From Eledone cirrhosa (taxonomy: Eukaryota), in assembly GCA_964016885.1 (NCBI GenBank), contig OZ024741.1, forward strand, positions 208,816,001 to 208,880,000: a DNA stretch of 64,000 bases, written 5' to 3'. The notes below the pieces were generated by a model. That model saw only the letters and a list, made by a program, of their open reading frames with translations. It ran no database searches and was not told the DNA's origin. The translations under genes and the position numbers were made by a program. This document shows, one piece after another, positions 1 to 12,959 of this stretch. How positions within the stretch are numbered: the first letter of the stretch is position 1; each line of letters begins with the position of its first letter.

Positions 1-1056
1 ATCATGCATGGATATATTGCCAGGAAGCTCCAGAGTGAGAGTAGTAATATAGATAAGGAAAGTAGTCTATCTTGGACCAACAACCGCTATATTAGCTCCC
101 ACTTTGAAGGATACGCTTTTGCAATCCAGGAACAGGAAATCAACACGAAATACCTGATTCACAAAAGAGATAGGGATGCAGGCAAAACACCTAGATATGA
201 TAACAAGTGCAGACTCTGGCGAATTTATCGAAGATGTCACCCATGTCATCAGCAGCTGTCCAAAGATGTCATCGCTGTCCTATCTACCTATGAGGCATGA
301 TGTAGTGGCCAAAACACTGTACAATGCAATCCGTAGAAAAGATAGCCCCTATAATAAACACGTTAAAAGCTACATACAAACATATGAAAGGAAGACATAC
401 ATATACATAATATGAAAGGAAGACATCCATATACATAATATGAAAGAGTACTGGTGGAATGTTCCAGTAAAAACCCCAATAAAATGCAGGCATAACAGAC
501 CAGATATTATGATATGGGACAGGGAGAAGAAAACATGCACAGTAGTGGAAATTAGCTGCCCAGCAGATGCCAATATAATATCAAAGATTAGCGAAAAGGA
601 GAATATTTATGCAGAACTGATGAGAAATTTATGGATACTCCACCATGATTACACCTTCAGATTTATGCCTGTGATTATTGGGGCACTGGGATATGTTAGT
701 AACTGCCTCAATACAAATCTTGAGAAGCTAGGCTTCACAGGAACAGAAAGAACACAACTAGTTAGGAAATTACAAGTACAATCCATTAAAGGAACAGTAA
801 AAATATGTAAAACATTCCAAACATTTTGCAGCTAAAAACTGCATATACACATGTACAGATACAAAGCATATACACATGCACACATACAACTCAAAACATA
901 CATACAATAACATCCATATCTACACATGCATGCATGCATACATAATCTACCTTGTTGATATTGTGTAAATTCCAATGAGAGAGTCTTGTGTCTATATTAG
1001 AAACCGACTCTCTCTCTATTGGTAAAAATTTGTGAAATTATAAAACCAGAAGAACA
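1..1056 (+). mobile_element. 3' part of R4/Dong-like RLE non-LTR retrotransposon (copy A), frameshifted
   Basis: ORFs 4..300, 176..415 and 440..835 encode AIQEQEINTKY, KCRL..HVISSC..RHD (zinc knuckle) and RPDI..VVEISCP..KENIY (restriction-like endonuclease). The element ends at a (CATA)n tract. Confidence 0.85.
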
Positions 1057-1080
1057 TACATATATACATACATACATACA

Positions 1081-2880
1081 CCAATTTGATCCTTAGAGGT
1101 GAGAAGGAGCAAGATAAGACTGATAAGATACATTACCAGAAGGGCATCTTTCAGGGTGATAGCTTGTCAGTGCTACTCTTCGTTCTCTCACTGAATCCAC
1201 TATCTTACCTACTCAGGAAACAAGGTGGACAAAGAAGTGGGCCCAGAAGTATCTCCCATCTTTTCTTTGTTGATGACCTGAAGTTGTATGGGCCAAATAT
1301 CAATGACATCAAGAAACAATTGGACCTCATTACACAATTTTCAACCGACATCAAAATGAAATTTGGTGCGTCCAAGTGTGCATATTTAGCAGTAAAACGT
1401 GGAAGAGCTGTGCCCTCCTCTAGAAATCTAGAGATCAACGGCCTGACAATACAACCTCTGCAGTCAGGTGACAACTACAGATATCTTGGACAGGATGAGA
1501 ATGTCAGATATGATGGACCCATAAATAAGGAGAGAACCAGAACTGAATACCTCAGAAGAGTAAAGAAAATATGGTCATCAGAACTGTCGGCGTACAACAA
1601 ATACATTGCCCACAATACTTATGCTGTGCCAATTCTAACGCCAACATTTGCCCTGCTGAACTGGTCATTGCAAGAACTAAGTGAGATGGATGTTAGAACT
1701 CGAAAACTTCTCAGTGTTACTGGGAACTTTAACATCAATGGTGATGTGGATAGGCTATACTTCTCACGCAAGGAAGGTGGCCGGGGTCTAAAATCAATAT
1801 TAACAACATATGAGACCCGGATAGTAACACTGAAGCAACACTTTCAACAGAGGAAAAAGGTTGGCAACCATCTTGCCCAGGTTTATGAGCATGAAAAAAA
1901 AATATCATTAGAATAGCGACTGATCTGGAGGAGAGATATGGAATAAAGCCTGATATAAATCTCTCACCCAGAGAAATCGGAAGATCCTATTCAATGTTCA
2001 AACAAGATAAAAAAAATTGACCAATTTACAGAAAAAGTTGTGCATGGAAACTTGAGGCGTAAAACACAGACCATAGAGGGGATAAACCACTCAAAATGCC
2101 TGGCATGGAGTTCCGACAAGTTTATGACATCACACCTTGAGGGATATCTCTATGCAATACAGGAACAAGAACTCCCTACCAAATATCTGCTGCACAAAAG
2201 AGGAGGGCCAGCAGCTGACAATAAATGTAGGCTATGTAAAACAAAGATCGAGGATGTAAGCCACATTGTTGCCAGCTGCGAAAGAATGTCATCTCGCTAC
2301 TACCTCCCCATGAGACACGATGGGATAGCTAGAACCATCTGGAACGCACTTTGGAAAACAAAATTAACAACAAACGAGGAAGAATATAGAGACAGATGGC
2401 ACTAAGGAATATTGGTGGAACCTGAAAATAAAAACTGCCACCAAATTAAAGCACAACCGGGCTGATATTGTTGTTTGGGACCACACATTGAAAACGTGTT
2501 CTGTTGTGGAGATCAGCTGCCCACTTGATGTAAACGTTGTCAGAAAAATACAGGAGAAGGAGGACATCTACGGACCATTGATGAGGAGTTTACAAATCCA
2601 GTATCCAAGATACACCTTTAGCTTCATACCCATCATTATTGGAGCTACTGGTTATATACCAACCCGCTTGGACCAAAGTATGACTGAACTTGGATTTGCG
2701 GACAAAAAGCGCAGTTCCCTAATTCATAGTCTACAAATGGCTGCGATAGCTGGCACCTTCAAAATTTGCAAAACATTCTTGCGATTCAATGGATGACAAT
2801 TTCTTTTCTTTTACAACCTTGCCACCAGGAAGGTGGCCGGTCAAAAAAAATGTACTCGAAATTAAGAGAAAGAGATAATA
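1081..2880 (+). mobile_element. 5'-truncated R4/Dong-like RLE non-LTR retrotransposon (copy B)
   Basis: RT motifs KGIFQGDSLS and HLFFVDDLKLY (1086..1916), then CRLC..HIVASC..RHD (2040..2405) and VVEISCP (2488..2796). Flanked on both sides by (CATA)n. Confidence 0.9.
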
Positions 2881-2950
2881 CATACATACATACATATATA
2901 TACATACATATATACATACATACATACTTATATATATATACATACATACA

Positions 2951-3480
2951 CCGTCAGTCAACGCGGTCAGTCGCATATTTTGGTGTGGGAGACTATTCAT
3001 TAAATTTAATATGAATATTATCTCCGACAGTAATGCCACAACTACCAGTCATGTTGAATAACTGGTTATTCTTCTAACTATATCCACTGAAGTCACTTTT
3101 TATTCGAATTCGTAGAGATATCCGACTAAATACAAAATTCATTTTACAAAAATTGCTACAAAAAGCATAGCTAAACACATCATCAACAACGTTAGTGGAA
3201 TACCGAAGAAAAACGAGAAAGGTAAACAAAATTTATTCAGTTGTAGCTACAGAAGAAACCTAAATTAGAAATCGCATTTCTCTTGAAGTGCGAACTTAAT
3301 GATGATTTATTTAATTGTTATAAAATAGCAAAAATCAATCCCTCCATTGGCTATATGAAGAGAATGAAGCTACACTGGGACGAAATACATCCAGAGCTAA
3401 ATCACTTCACAGCGAAACAATTACGCCAACAAGCGACGTTTGTTGAACGTAAAAATAAGATAAATAGTATTAATTGTAAG
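2951..3480 (+). mobile_element. Probable 5' fragment of a third R4/Dong-like element
   Basis: ORF 3283..3582 begins GYMKRMKLHWDEIHPE..KQLRQQA, which resembles the N-terminal region of R4/Dong ORFs. It starts right after the (CATA)n tail of copy B. Confidence 0.5.
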
Positions 3481-4014
3481 TCCCCCACAACATGTAATCA
3501 ACAACACGTGCTACAGGTCGCCATGCTACTAGACTTCCTAGTAGCCAGGCCGAACAGTGCCTTGAAACAACTATGCTTGTAAGAAATATAACCCCACGTT
3601 AACCATCTATGTCTACCTCGAACGCTGGTGAAAACACTATCGATAATAATAATAATCGAAGAAATAATAATAATAATCGAAGAAATTTGACACCACGTTA
3701 CCATACGAGTCTACCTCGACTGTTGTGGAAAATACTATCCAATAATACATGAATATAATTATATATTTATATTCAACTCACGACTGCGTTCCAGTTATAT
3801 CTACTATATTAATCACTTTTTCATATTTGTTTATGAAGTATGTATGAAAAAACCTTTAAAACAGGTATGCCTTGATCACAGTTGTGTTTGTGGGGGGGGG
3901 GGTGTATTATACTCATTATTATGTACATATATAAAGCTGTTTATTTGAGAATATAGATAACACGAATTTTATTTGTAGTCTTGAATGATTCATACATACA
4001 TGTACACATGCTTG

Positions 4015-4094
4015 CATACACATATGTGTGTGTGTACGTGTATATATATATGGAATGTAGAAAAGTGACACACACACACATATATATATAGGTA

Positions 4095-4167
<73 letters not shown>

Positions 4168-4196
4168 GTATATATATATATATATATATATACGTA

Positions 4197-4257
<61 letters not shown>

Positions 4258-4738
4258 TATATGTGTGCGTCTCTGTGTGTATGAGCGCGCGCGTATATTT
4301 GATTTCTGCAAAGCAATAATATTAATAAGATAACAAGAAATCCATACATAAATAATGACTCACCTTCCAGCAGATCCTGTGTTACTATAGAAACAACAGT
4401 TAGCATATGAGGCGAAATTTGCGCCTTTACGGCACCTGTTGCACACCAGACATTTACATATGCAGATATGTATACATGTACATATATTATATGTATATAT
4501 ATAAATATGTGTGTGTGTGTGTGTGCGTGCATGTATGCGTGTATGTATGTATGGGTATGCATGGGTATGTGTATATATATATATATACATATATATAGAG
4601 AGAGAGAGATGGGGAGAGTACCACAAAAAATTAGCAAACCATTTTCGAGTTTGGTTAGCTAATTTGTTGTGGAACTAACTCTATATTGAACTCTACTTAC
4701 TATGGATATAACGCCCGTTTTTTTACCAACTATATACG

Positions 4739-4820
<82 letters not shown>
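4015..4820. repeat. (TA)n, (TG)n and (GA)n microsatellite cluster
   Basis: Read directly from the sequence; source of the YI-rich pseudo-ORFs. Confidence 0.95.
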
Positions 4821-4821
<1 letters not shown>

Positions 4822-4986
4822 AGTATATCTACCAACATATGTATACAGATGTATACCCATGCTAGCAAATATATATGTTATGTCTTAGTACCTTTGTGGT
4901 TCTATGCAGGGGGGTGCAGAACAATTATATGAAAGACGTAAAATAAGAAAATTTTAAAAATTAAAAATTAACTTACTAAAATTTTC

Positions 4987-5068
4987 ACTCCAACTAATTA
5001 GTTTCTGTAAGGGGATAAATATAGTTACGTAACATAACTATAGAGAATTCCTTACATCATCAGGGAGT
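4987..5068 (-). ncRNA. Type I hammerhead ribozyme with extended stem II
   Basis: Minus strand reads ACTCC-CTGATGA-TGTAAGG...CCTTACA-GAAA-CTAATTAG-TT-GGAGT: complete core, stems I-III and a GUU site. Confidence 0.85.
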
Positions 5069-5507
5069 CTATTCTCAGCTAAGTTCCCAGGCAATGCGCG
5101 GACACTTGGAACCAATATAAAAATAATAATTCAGTGGATGGAATAAAGCTAGCGGGGACTAAATTCCAAAGCACTGAAAAAATTCACTGCCTCTTTGGTC
5201 AGTGGCAGATTCTAAAGAATCAATCACGTGACACTGAGGTTAATCAGTGAGGAGTGGGGTGGTATTATGACAAGAGCCTACTACTACCATGAATCACAGC
5301 AGTAAATTTTGGCAAGTTTTACTCAACAAATAATTTGGAGATAAATATAGAGAATTAGTATATCTACCAACATATGTATACAGATGTATACCCATGCTAG
5401 CAAATATATATGTTATGTCTTAGTACCTTTGTGGTTCTATGCAGGGGGATGCAGAACTATGAAAGACGTAAAATAAGAAAATTTTAAAAATTAAAAATTA
5501 AGAATAG

Positions 5508-5589
5508 ACTCCCTGATGACGTAAGGAATTCTCTATAGTTATGTTACGTAACTATATTTATCCCCTTACAGAACCTAATTGGTTGGAGT
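5508..5589 (+). ncRNA. Hammerhead ribozyme, mutated copy (GAAA to GAAC)
   Basis: ACTCC-CTGATGA-CGTAAGG...CCTTACA-GAAC-CTAATTGG-TT-GGAGT. Confidence 0.6.
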
Positions 5590-5645
5590 GAAAATTTTAG
5601 TAAGTTAATTTTTAATTTTTTAAATTTTCTTATTTTACGTCCTTC

Positions 5646-5739
<94 letters not shown>

Positions 5740-5848
5740 TTTGCAATACACTGTATGCTTAAATAAAAGCATTTCGAAGACCTTATGCTATTGTTTTAGA
5801 GTAGGGACAGTCTCACTTACTTTAATTTTCAGCAGACAGGGGAGATAA

Positions 5849-5893
5849 AGCTGACAGAGTTCTGTTTCGCACTTTTTGGTGCTTATCAAAGCT
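5849..5893 (-). ncRNA. Type I hammerhead ribozyme, U3-A8 core variant
   Basis: Minus strand reads AGCT-TTGATAA-GCAC CAAAAA GTGC-GAAA-CAG AACT CTG-TC-AGCT (GUC site). Confidence 0.8.
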
Positions 5894-5990
5894 AACTACT
5901 CCGCCTGTTTGCTGAAAATTATGAATGGTTGATTCTTACAGAATTCTAGTAATAATCAGGAAGTAGTTAGCTTTGATAAGCGGAGTAGTT

Positions 5991-6035
5991 AACTTTGATA
6001 AGCACCAAAAAGTGCGAAACAGGGCTCTGTCAGCT
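5991..6035 (+). ncRNA. Type I hammerhead ribozyme, U3-A8 core variant (second arm)
   Basis: AACT-TTGATAA-GCAC CAAAAA GTGC-GAAA-CAG GGCT CTG-TC-AGCT; one mismatch in stem I. Confidence 0.7.
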
Positions 6036-6214
6036 TTATCTCCCCTGTTTGCTGAAAATTAAAGTAAGTGAGACTGTCACTACTCTAAAACAATAGCGTA
6101 AGGTCTTCGAAATGCTTTTAATTATTCATACCTTATCGGTTGGAAATTCACTGGAATTTCCAACCGATAAGGTATGATTTTCATGGGTATGTCTCTATTT
6201 ATAAAACAAACTTT

Positions 6215-6279
6215 GTATTTTATCTGATGAAAGCGCACCAATGTGTCTTGGTACCCTTGAAATATATATAATAAAATAC
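6215..6279 (+). ncRNA. Type I hammerhead ribozyme with minimal palindromic stem III
   Basis: GTATTTTAT-CTGATGA-AAGCGCACCAA TGTGTC TTGGTACCCTT-GAAA-TATATA-TA-ATAAAATAC; 9-bp stem I. Confidence 0.85.
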
Positions 6280-6853
6280 GATATTAATATCGTATATCTA
6301 CGATATTAATATCGTATATCTACTCCAAAACTTGTTGAGTGCTTTATATCAGTTATAAAATATTTACTCGTTGTAACCCAACAATTTTAAATAAAACTTT
6401 TGCATATAATAAAATAAATATGGTTTTATAAATATAGTTTCCATTTATTTAATATCATTGAATATTTACTCCGGTAATCTAATGAATGCTCTAAATCAGT
6501 TATAAACATTTATATTTGTCGGACTTCCAACAAATTAAATAGCCCTTCTACTTATATATATATATAACTGAACAAAAAGGAAAAAACTAACACAGACATA
6601 TATATATATATGTGTTCAAATTGTAATGGACCAAAATCGATAAGGTGAAAAAAATACTAACTACAGACAATAGGGTTTGCTGGACTAAATTTAAGAACAA
6701 ATTAAGAAAAATAAATCAGATAAAATACAGTTTGTTTTATAAATAGAGACATACCCATGAAAATCATACCTTATCGGCTGGAAATTCACTGGAATTTCCA
6801 ACCGATAAGGTATGAGTTTCATGGGTATGTCTCTATTTATAAAACAAACTTTG

Positions 6854-6914
6854 TATTTATCTGATGAAAGCGTACCAATGTGTCTTGGTACCCTTGAAAT
6901 ATATAAAATAAATA
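6854..6914 (+). ncRNA. Second copy of the 6215 hammerhead, cleavage triplet region altered
   Basis: TATTTAT-CTGATGA-AAGCGTACCAA...TTGGTACCCTT-GAAA-TATATAAA-ATAAATA. Confidence 0.6.
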
Positions 6915-7451
6915 TGGTTTTATAAATATAGTTTCCATTTATTTAATATCATTGTATATATATATATACATGTATATGTGTATATGTGTATGTATGTATG
7001 TATAATTTTCTCATTGCTCCAGTCTACATATCTGGAAGAAATAAGTTGCGACGACACTAGAGACCCAGTTGTATCAGCCGTTACCTTTCCCTTTGGCAAA
7101 ATCGATGGTCACGGGATAGACACATGTCCATCGGTGAAACAAATACATGGTTGATCAGTCATTCATGAGTGTATAACCTATGGTCAGTCATAACCCAAGG
7201 GACCCATTCCTATACATCTACAGAGTTGTAAATTTAATTTTATAAAATGTAACGTAAGAGAAAACATCTTGTAAAGAATGGTGGAATGTTTTAGAAAGTT
7301 GACTAGACGTTTATTCCAATAAATTAAAATATATGTATATTGATTCCCCGTAGGCTAATTCCAATTTACTTAGTTGATAATTTAATGATATTGTCAATCG
7401 GCTTCTTACGTTGAAAAGTTTGTTTTAAAACAGCAGGTAAACCAAATTAAA

Positions 7452-7645
7452 ATAATTGTTTCTATTTTTGGCATAAGGCCAGCAATTATCCCAGTGTATT
7501 ACTGGTACTTTATTTTATCTACCCCGTAAGGATGAAAGGCAAAGTTAACCTCGGCGGGATTTGAACTCAGATCATAAAGGGCCGTAACTCTTTGCTACAA
7601 AGCATGGCGTCAGACCCTCTACCGATACTGCCAATTCACCGCCAA
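7452..7645 (-). mobile_element. tRNA-derived SINE (family 1)
   Basis: Reverse complement of TGGCAGTATCGG (A box) ... GAGTTCAAATCCCG (B box) ... GCCTTTCATCCTTACGGGGT.GATAAAATAAAGTACCAG (Meta/MESC-like central domain). Multicopy in this window. Confidence 0.85.
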
Positions 7646-8185
7646 TTCACCAAATTAAAATAATGTTTACGTGCAGGGCTTGAAAATAGTGCATTATAAC
7701 TACTCTGTGTGGTGAAATATATGGAGGCGCATAGGGACGGTGGAAGCATTTCCGAATTTGGGGGGGGGGGGGTCAATTTAGTTGTAGTCATTTGTTTAGC
7801 TGTTGTTTTCAAATATCAATCAAGATACTAAGAAAAAAATCTTAATATATGCGATATACATAACATGTACATAAATTATAGCACATGTATAAATAGATGT
7901 GTGTTTTGGTAGTTTGGGGAGAAAAATATAATTATAGGGGGGTGATCATGCACCCCCTAGTTCCACCAACCCTGAAATATATGCGTGTGTGTGTGCTTGT
8001 GTGTGTGTGTGTACGTATATGTATGCATATGTGTATATATGTATAAAACATATATACAAATCTAATTCATAGTCATAAATATGTATATGAATATTGCAAT
8101 GCTGACGAAGAGAATGATAATACTTCGCGCCAACACATTGTATTGGCATCAACACCATAATCATCATCTCCATCATTGTAATCAT

Positions 8186-8372
8186 TAGGATTGGCAGTAT
8201 CGGTAGCGGGTCGGACGCCATGCTTTGACGCATAGAGTTACGGCCCTTTCCGAGTTCAAATCCCGCTGAGGTTAACTTTGCCTTTCATCCTTACGAGTTC
8301 GATAAAATAAAGTACCAGTAATGCACTGGGTAATTGCTGGCCTTGTTCCAAATGTAGAAACAATTATTATTA
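8186..8372 (+). mobile_element. tRNA-derived SINE (family 1)
   Basis: A box TGGCAGTATCGG, B box GAGTTCAAATCC, shared central domain and (ATT)n tail. Confidence 0.85.
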
Positions 8373-8837
8373 TCAAAACCATCTTCACACCCACCGTCAC
8401 ACTACCACTATCTCCACCATCATTACGGTCATCAATTTCATATAAATCATATATATCTATATGTATGCCTGTGTGCATATGTGCGCGCATGTGTGTATGT
8501 GTGTGTGTGTTTATGCAGGCATGGCCAAGTTGGCAAGTTGTTTACTTTGCAATCACGACGTCCTGGGTGTCTTTTAGCAAAACTTGTGTCAACTTTATTC
8601 TTGTAAGTCGGCGAATCAACTGTAACTGTAATTCACATGTACAAACCTGTCACATTTTCTCATACTGATTCCATGTTAAAGATACAAGTTTTCATGGAAT
8701 ACTCAGCCACTCTACACGATAATTAAATAAGTTGGCCGTTCAGTTGATCGTTCAGCAGGGCGTTAATCATCATCATAATCGTCATTATACACACACGCGC
8801 GCGCGCGCGCACGTTTGTGAAATATCAGCCCAGAAAG

Positions 8838-9042
8838 CTGGCATAGACTCAGACCAGATGTGAAATGTAGGCACTCAATACTGGCAATAGACCCAGACCA
8901 GATGTGAAATGTAGGCACTCAATGCTGGCAATAGACCCAGACCAGATGTGAAATGTAGGCACTCAATGCTGGCAATAGACCCAGACCAGATGTGAAATGT
9001 AGGCCTTCAAATCTTATTTTAAGACCAGACTAGATGAGAAAT
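8838..9042 (+). repeat. 44-bp minisatellite, ~4 copies plus a partial copy
   Basis: Unit CTGGCAATAGACCCAGACCAGATGTGAAATGTAGGCACTCAATG. Confidence 0.9.
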
Positions 9043-9884
9043 TTAAAACTGCTCATTTTAATAATACTTTAATAACCAGCTTTTAATACATACGATTTAC
9101 GTATTTGACCCAAGTATATACCAGTGTGGTGGATATGCAGGTGTTCACCTACTTTTCAGTTTCTCTGGGTGGATGGGGTGAAGGCCTTATAATGTCTATT
9201 CCTTTTCTTTCCCCTCCAAACCTCATTCGCACAGACCTCAGCGTACCCCTAGTTTCTAAACCCATTTTATTTTACATGTAATGTATATTATGCACTGACA
9301 AATAACAGGACCAAATACAAGATCTAGGACTCAAGGCGGATTGTAGGCCACCTTAAAACCATAGGCTAACGTCAACTGGCTGCTTTGCACCACACTCATC
9401 TGGCCTACATATATCTCAAGTTCTCATTAAGATATACAACATTTTAAATTTCAATGATTATACATATTAGCAAACGAAGGAGCATTTTCTTATAATGCAA
9501 TGAACTGTTACCCTCTCGACGTGACAGAAAGCAGTTACGTGCTCATTAGCGAGCGAAAATGGAAGAATTTAGGCTGCCGACCAATCTGCTAGAAATAGCA
9601 GCCATATTCCCCTTAAAACCCACAATACTGTCATGAAAAATACGTCGGATAATATAGATCAAACATCTTTTATCATAGAACTGGTTCATCAGAGCTAGTT
9701 TTCGACTAAACAATAGCAACAAAAACGAAGTAGTCTCTAGCCAGCTAGCTTCTCACAGTTTCCGTCAATCAAATTTTGCTTACACGTGTTGTCCGACTCG
9801 AAGTAATAGTAAAAGAGACTTTTCGGTGACGTCACTCAGTCGGTTGAGCCCGGACCTTCATAGACGGCTTCAGCCATGCTACAT

Positions 9885-9929
<45 letters not shown>

Positions 9930-10157
9930 TATATAAGTATTAATTCAGCGAAAATCGCATTTCGGTGGGTAGAAAAAGCGAAACGTAACGCAAATTCCGA
10001 GTCATGCTGGCAAGCGCTCCATGGGCTAAAAAAGACCAGACCAATAAACATAGGTTATAAAGGCCATACAAACTGAGAAGGCGGTCAAGAACCCATTAAC
10101 CACCTAAGCCAAAAAACAAGTCAAGCTAAACAGGTCAGACAAAATATATATTTTTTT

Positions 10158-10318
10158 TTAAATTTATAAATTTCCGGTTGGTTGGTTCCACAACCGGACG
10201 GTTGTTCATATATTGTCAAAGTTCTTTGGTCACACATTCTGTGACCTCTTCAGTGACTGGGGATTCTTTTCTTTATTTTGTGCCTCTCCTTTGTTTTGTC
10301 CTACGCCATCTTGTTTAT
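10158..10318 (-). mobile_element. Solo diverged fragment of the 17338-18225 fold-back family, with degenerate hammerhead
   Basis: Matches ~17450-17606. Minus strand reads GTCA-CTGAAGA-GGTCACA GAATG TGTGACC-(G missing)AAA-GAAC-TT-TGAC. Confidence 0.75.
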
Positions 10319-11158
10319 ATATATAACAAACCTGGACCCTAGGAATTGATGGTAAAATCCAGTACATGGCTTCTGTGACACCTAAATCAATAATACTATC
10401 TGCTTAAAACAATAAGCTTTTGGTATAATGATTGAACGAGGAATATCACGTTATCAACAGGTATTTTGTTCTGCGCCAGTGTTGTGGATGACACAGTGTT
10501 TTGTAAAAGCACATGCGTAACTCACAGGGGAAAAAGCCCCAGATTTTGGCAAATGAATTCAGTATGTGTAAATCCATGCAAACAATTGCATAAATAGCAC
10601 AGATAGAATAAGCTCTCGACCGTATATATGTATATATATATATATATATACTGTATATATATACATATATATATATATATACACACACATATATACACAT
10701 ATGATTGCTGCAAACTCTGCTAAGTGTATTGCAATCGCTTGTCAGATTATAGAGTTTGGTGCAATTTCAGACTACCGCCAACCACACGAACCTGTAATAT
10801 ATCCTGAACAAGCAATGCTTGTGCTTCGAAGGTTTATTAAGTGGGGAAAGGTGTTGCACTCGACCAATCCCACTCTCTGAACATCGAAAACACTACCCAA
10901 AAAGGAGAACTAGTCAACATCATCGGATGCTTCCGGAGCCGCAGGTTTTTTTTTAGTGTTTCCCTCTCTTAGAAAGGTGTTGTAACAACAATTGGGGGCC
11001 TTTCACTCCCTGGTAAAAAAAAAAGAAAAATACTATTTGGATGGCCGTTGACTCTGTTGAGTTCCTCCGCCCTTTGCCGGGTTCTGTAATTCATACATAC
11101 ATACATGCCTTCAGGTATTCTTAGTCATAAGTTGGATAGAAACCATAAACATTGACAC

Positions 11159-11392
<234 letters not shown>

Positions 11393-12574
11393 TATACAAA
11401 TGTGTGGGTAAGCTGTGAGTCATTTCTGATTTACAGTACATAATATGTACCGCATGTTGATTAATCGCTGCTATTGGAAGGGCTGGAGAGTTATGGCTGA
11501 TTGAGTCAATTTCTCCTATAATAATTAGTACACTAGTTATTATATATATCTCTGACCATTCTGGCATGACCAACCAGCTTCACAGGTACTCTAGTAACAA
11601 CAACAACAACAACAACAACAATATTAATAATGATGTTTTTAAACTGCCAAAAGATGGGGACATGAAGGAGGCCTGACAAGGATAAATTATAAACGTTGTG
11701 GAAGTTTACGTAAAATTGATTGTGAGAAACAAGCTTGAAAATCCAGAGTATGATAAATGGAAATCAAAGCTAACGCCCCGATAGGGAGAGAGAAACCAGG
11801 AGTCAAGTAGGCAACCCAGCAGATCTTTGATTACACTACTGCTAAGGGAAAGAGCTCTCTCTCTCTCTCCCATTCACTCTCTCTCTCTCTCTCTTTATCA
11901 CTCACCCTCACTCGCTCTCTCCTTTTTCCGTCTCTCCCCTCCTCTCTCGTCACTCGCTCCCTCCCCATCTCTTCCCCTCCTCTCTCTCCCCCTCTCACTC
12001 CACCTTCTCACTCTCTCTATCTTTCTCTCTCTCTGAGCCGTATTCTCTGGCTTTTAGATCCATAATGAGGGTAAGCCCATTTACACCGGGTATTCTCTCC
12101 GCTCTCACTCGCATAAACCTCCCCTGTCACTTGTAGCAAGTGGAATTTGAAATTGAAAAGGAAAATTTCTATAATAATAATTTCTGCATTGTTATTGTTA
12201 ACATTTTTCTTTTATTAAACTTTGAACTGAACTATAAAGGAAAGCTTGTTTCTCCACATTCATCTTCTTTGACTATCCTCTGTTCCTTATCAAGCGACGC
12301 CACATGTATTTTATTTTTTAACATTTCAATATGAAATGTAGACGAAAGGTTTCCAATGAATTCAGCCCCTTGCAGAGATCAACACAAGGAAAGGACCACA
12401 TCTACTCATAATAACTAATGCAACAAAACGCACGATAAAATATTTAGATAGCAATTCCCTAAAGTGGGAAAAGAATTAAAATTATTTTTAAAACTCAAGG
12501 GCGAAGCAAAATGCGATATTTTTGGACGGGATAAATAATGATTTCTACTATAGCAATTTTGGAAGAGGAGGAAA

Positions 12575-12738
12575 GTCGATTAAATTGATCCCAGTGCATT
12601 ACTGGTACTTTATTTTATTGACCCAATAAGGATGAAAGGCAAAGTTAACCTCGGCGAGATTTGAACTCAGAACGTAAAGGGCTGTAACTCAATGCTGCAA
12701 AGCATATTGTCCGATACACTACCGATACTGCCGATCCT
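12575..12738 (-). mobile_element. tRNA-derived SINE (family 1)
   Basis: Same boxes and central domain as the 7452-7645 copy. Confidence 0.8.
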
Positions 12739-12959
12739 CTTACAGCCACTCCATAGCCATCTCCACGGCTTTCAAATAATCTGCGGGACAGCCATATATA
12801 TATGTGAGAATTTTAAAATTTTGAACTTAATACATTCATACTCTCATCTTTGATACTGTTAAATCGCACCATTCGGCTGGACAATATTGTAGTTTCTCTA
12901 CGCTAAATATCACACAAAATTAAGACATTCTCACATCTCTCCACCCACAAATAAGTCTG

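Larger units (their letters stand above)
4813..5648. mobile_element. Non-autonomous direct plus inverted repeat element carrying hammerheads
   Basis: 4813-4970 is repeated directly at ~5349-5500. 4930-5075 is repeated inverted at 5501-5648. Flanked by microsatellites. Confidence 0.75.
5764..6120. mobile_element. Fold-back element, ~140-bp arms, one hammerhead per arm
   Basis: 5764-5903 is the reverse complement of 5981-6120, with a few mismatches. Confidence 0.85.
6126..6955 (+). mobile_element. Duplicated hairpin plus hammerhead element
   Basis: A palindrome centred on GGAAATTCACTGGAATTTCC occurs at 6126-6177 and, longer, at ~6733-6847. Each is followed by the same hammerhead-bearing segment. 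Confidence 0.75.

Noticed and set aside
3919-4932. YI/CV/HT-rich ORFs here and at 11-12, 18, 28, 49.5-51.4, 58.8-59.4 and 62.5-63.2 kb
   Set aside because: Translations of (TA)n, (TG)n and (CA)n microsatellites, not genes.
8838-9042. Regular repeat resembling a CRISPR array
   Set aside because: The units are contiguous 44-mers without unique spacers, there are no cas genes, and the context is eukaryotic.
11630-11760. Possible RT fragment (KLPKDGD..INVV..KLI)
   Set aside because: Too short and frameshifted to classify.
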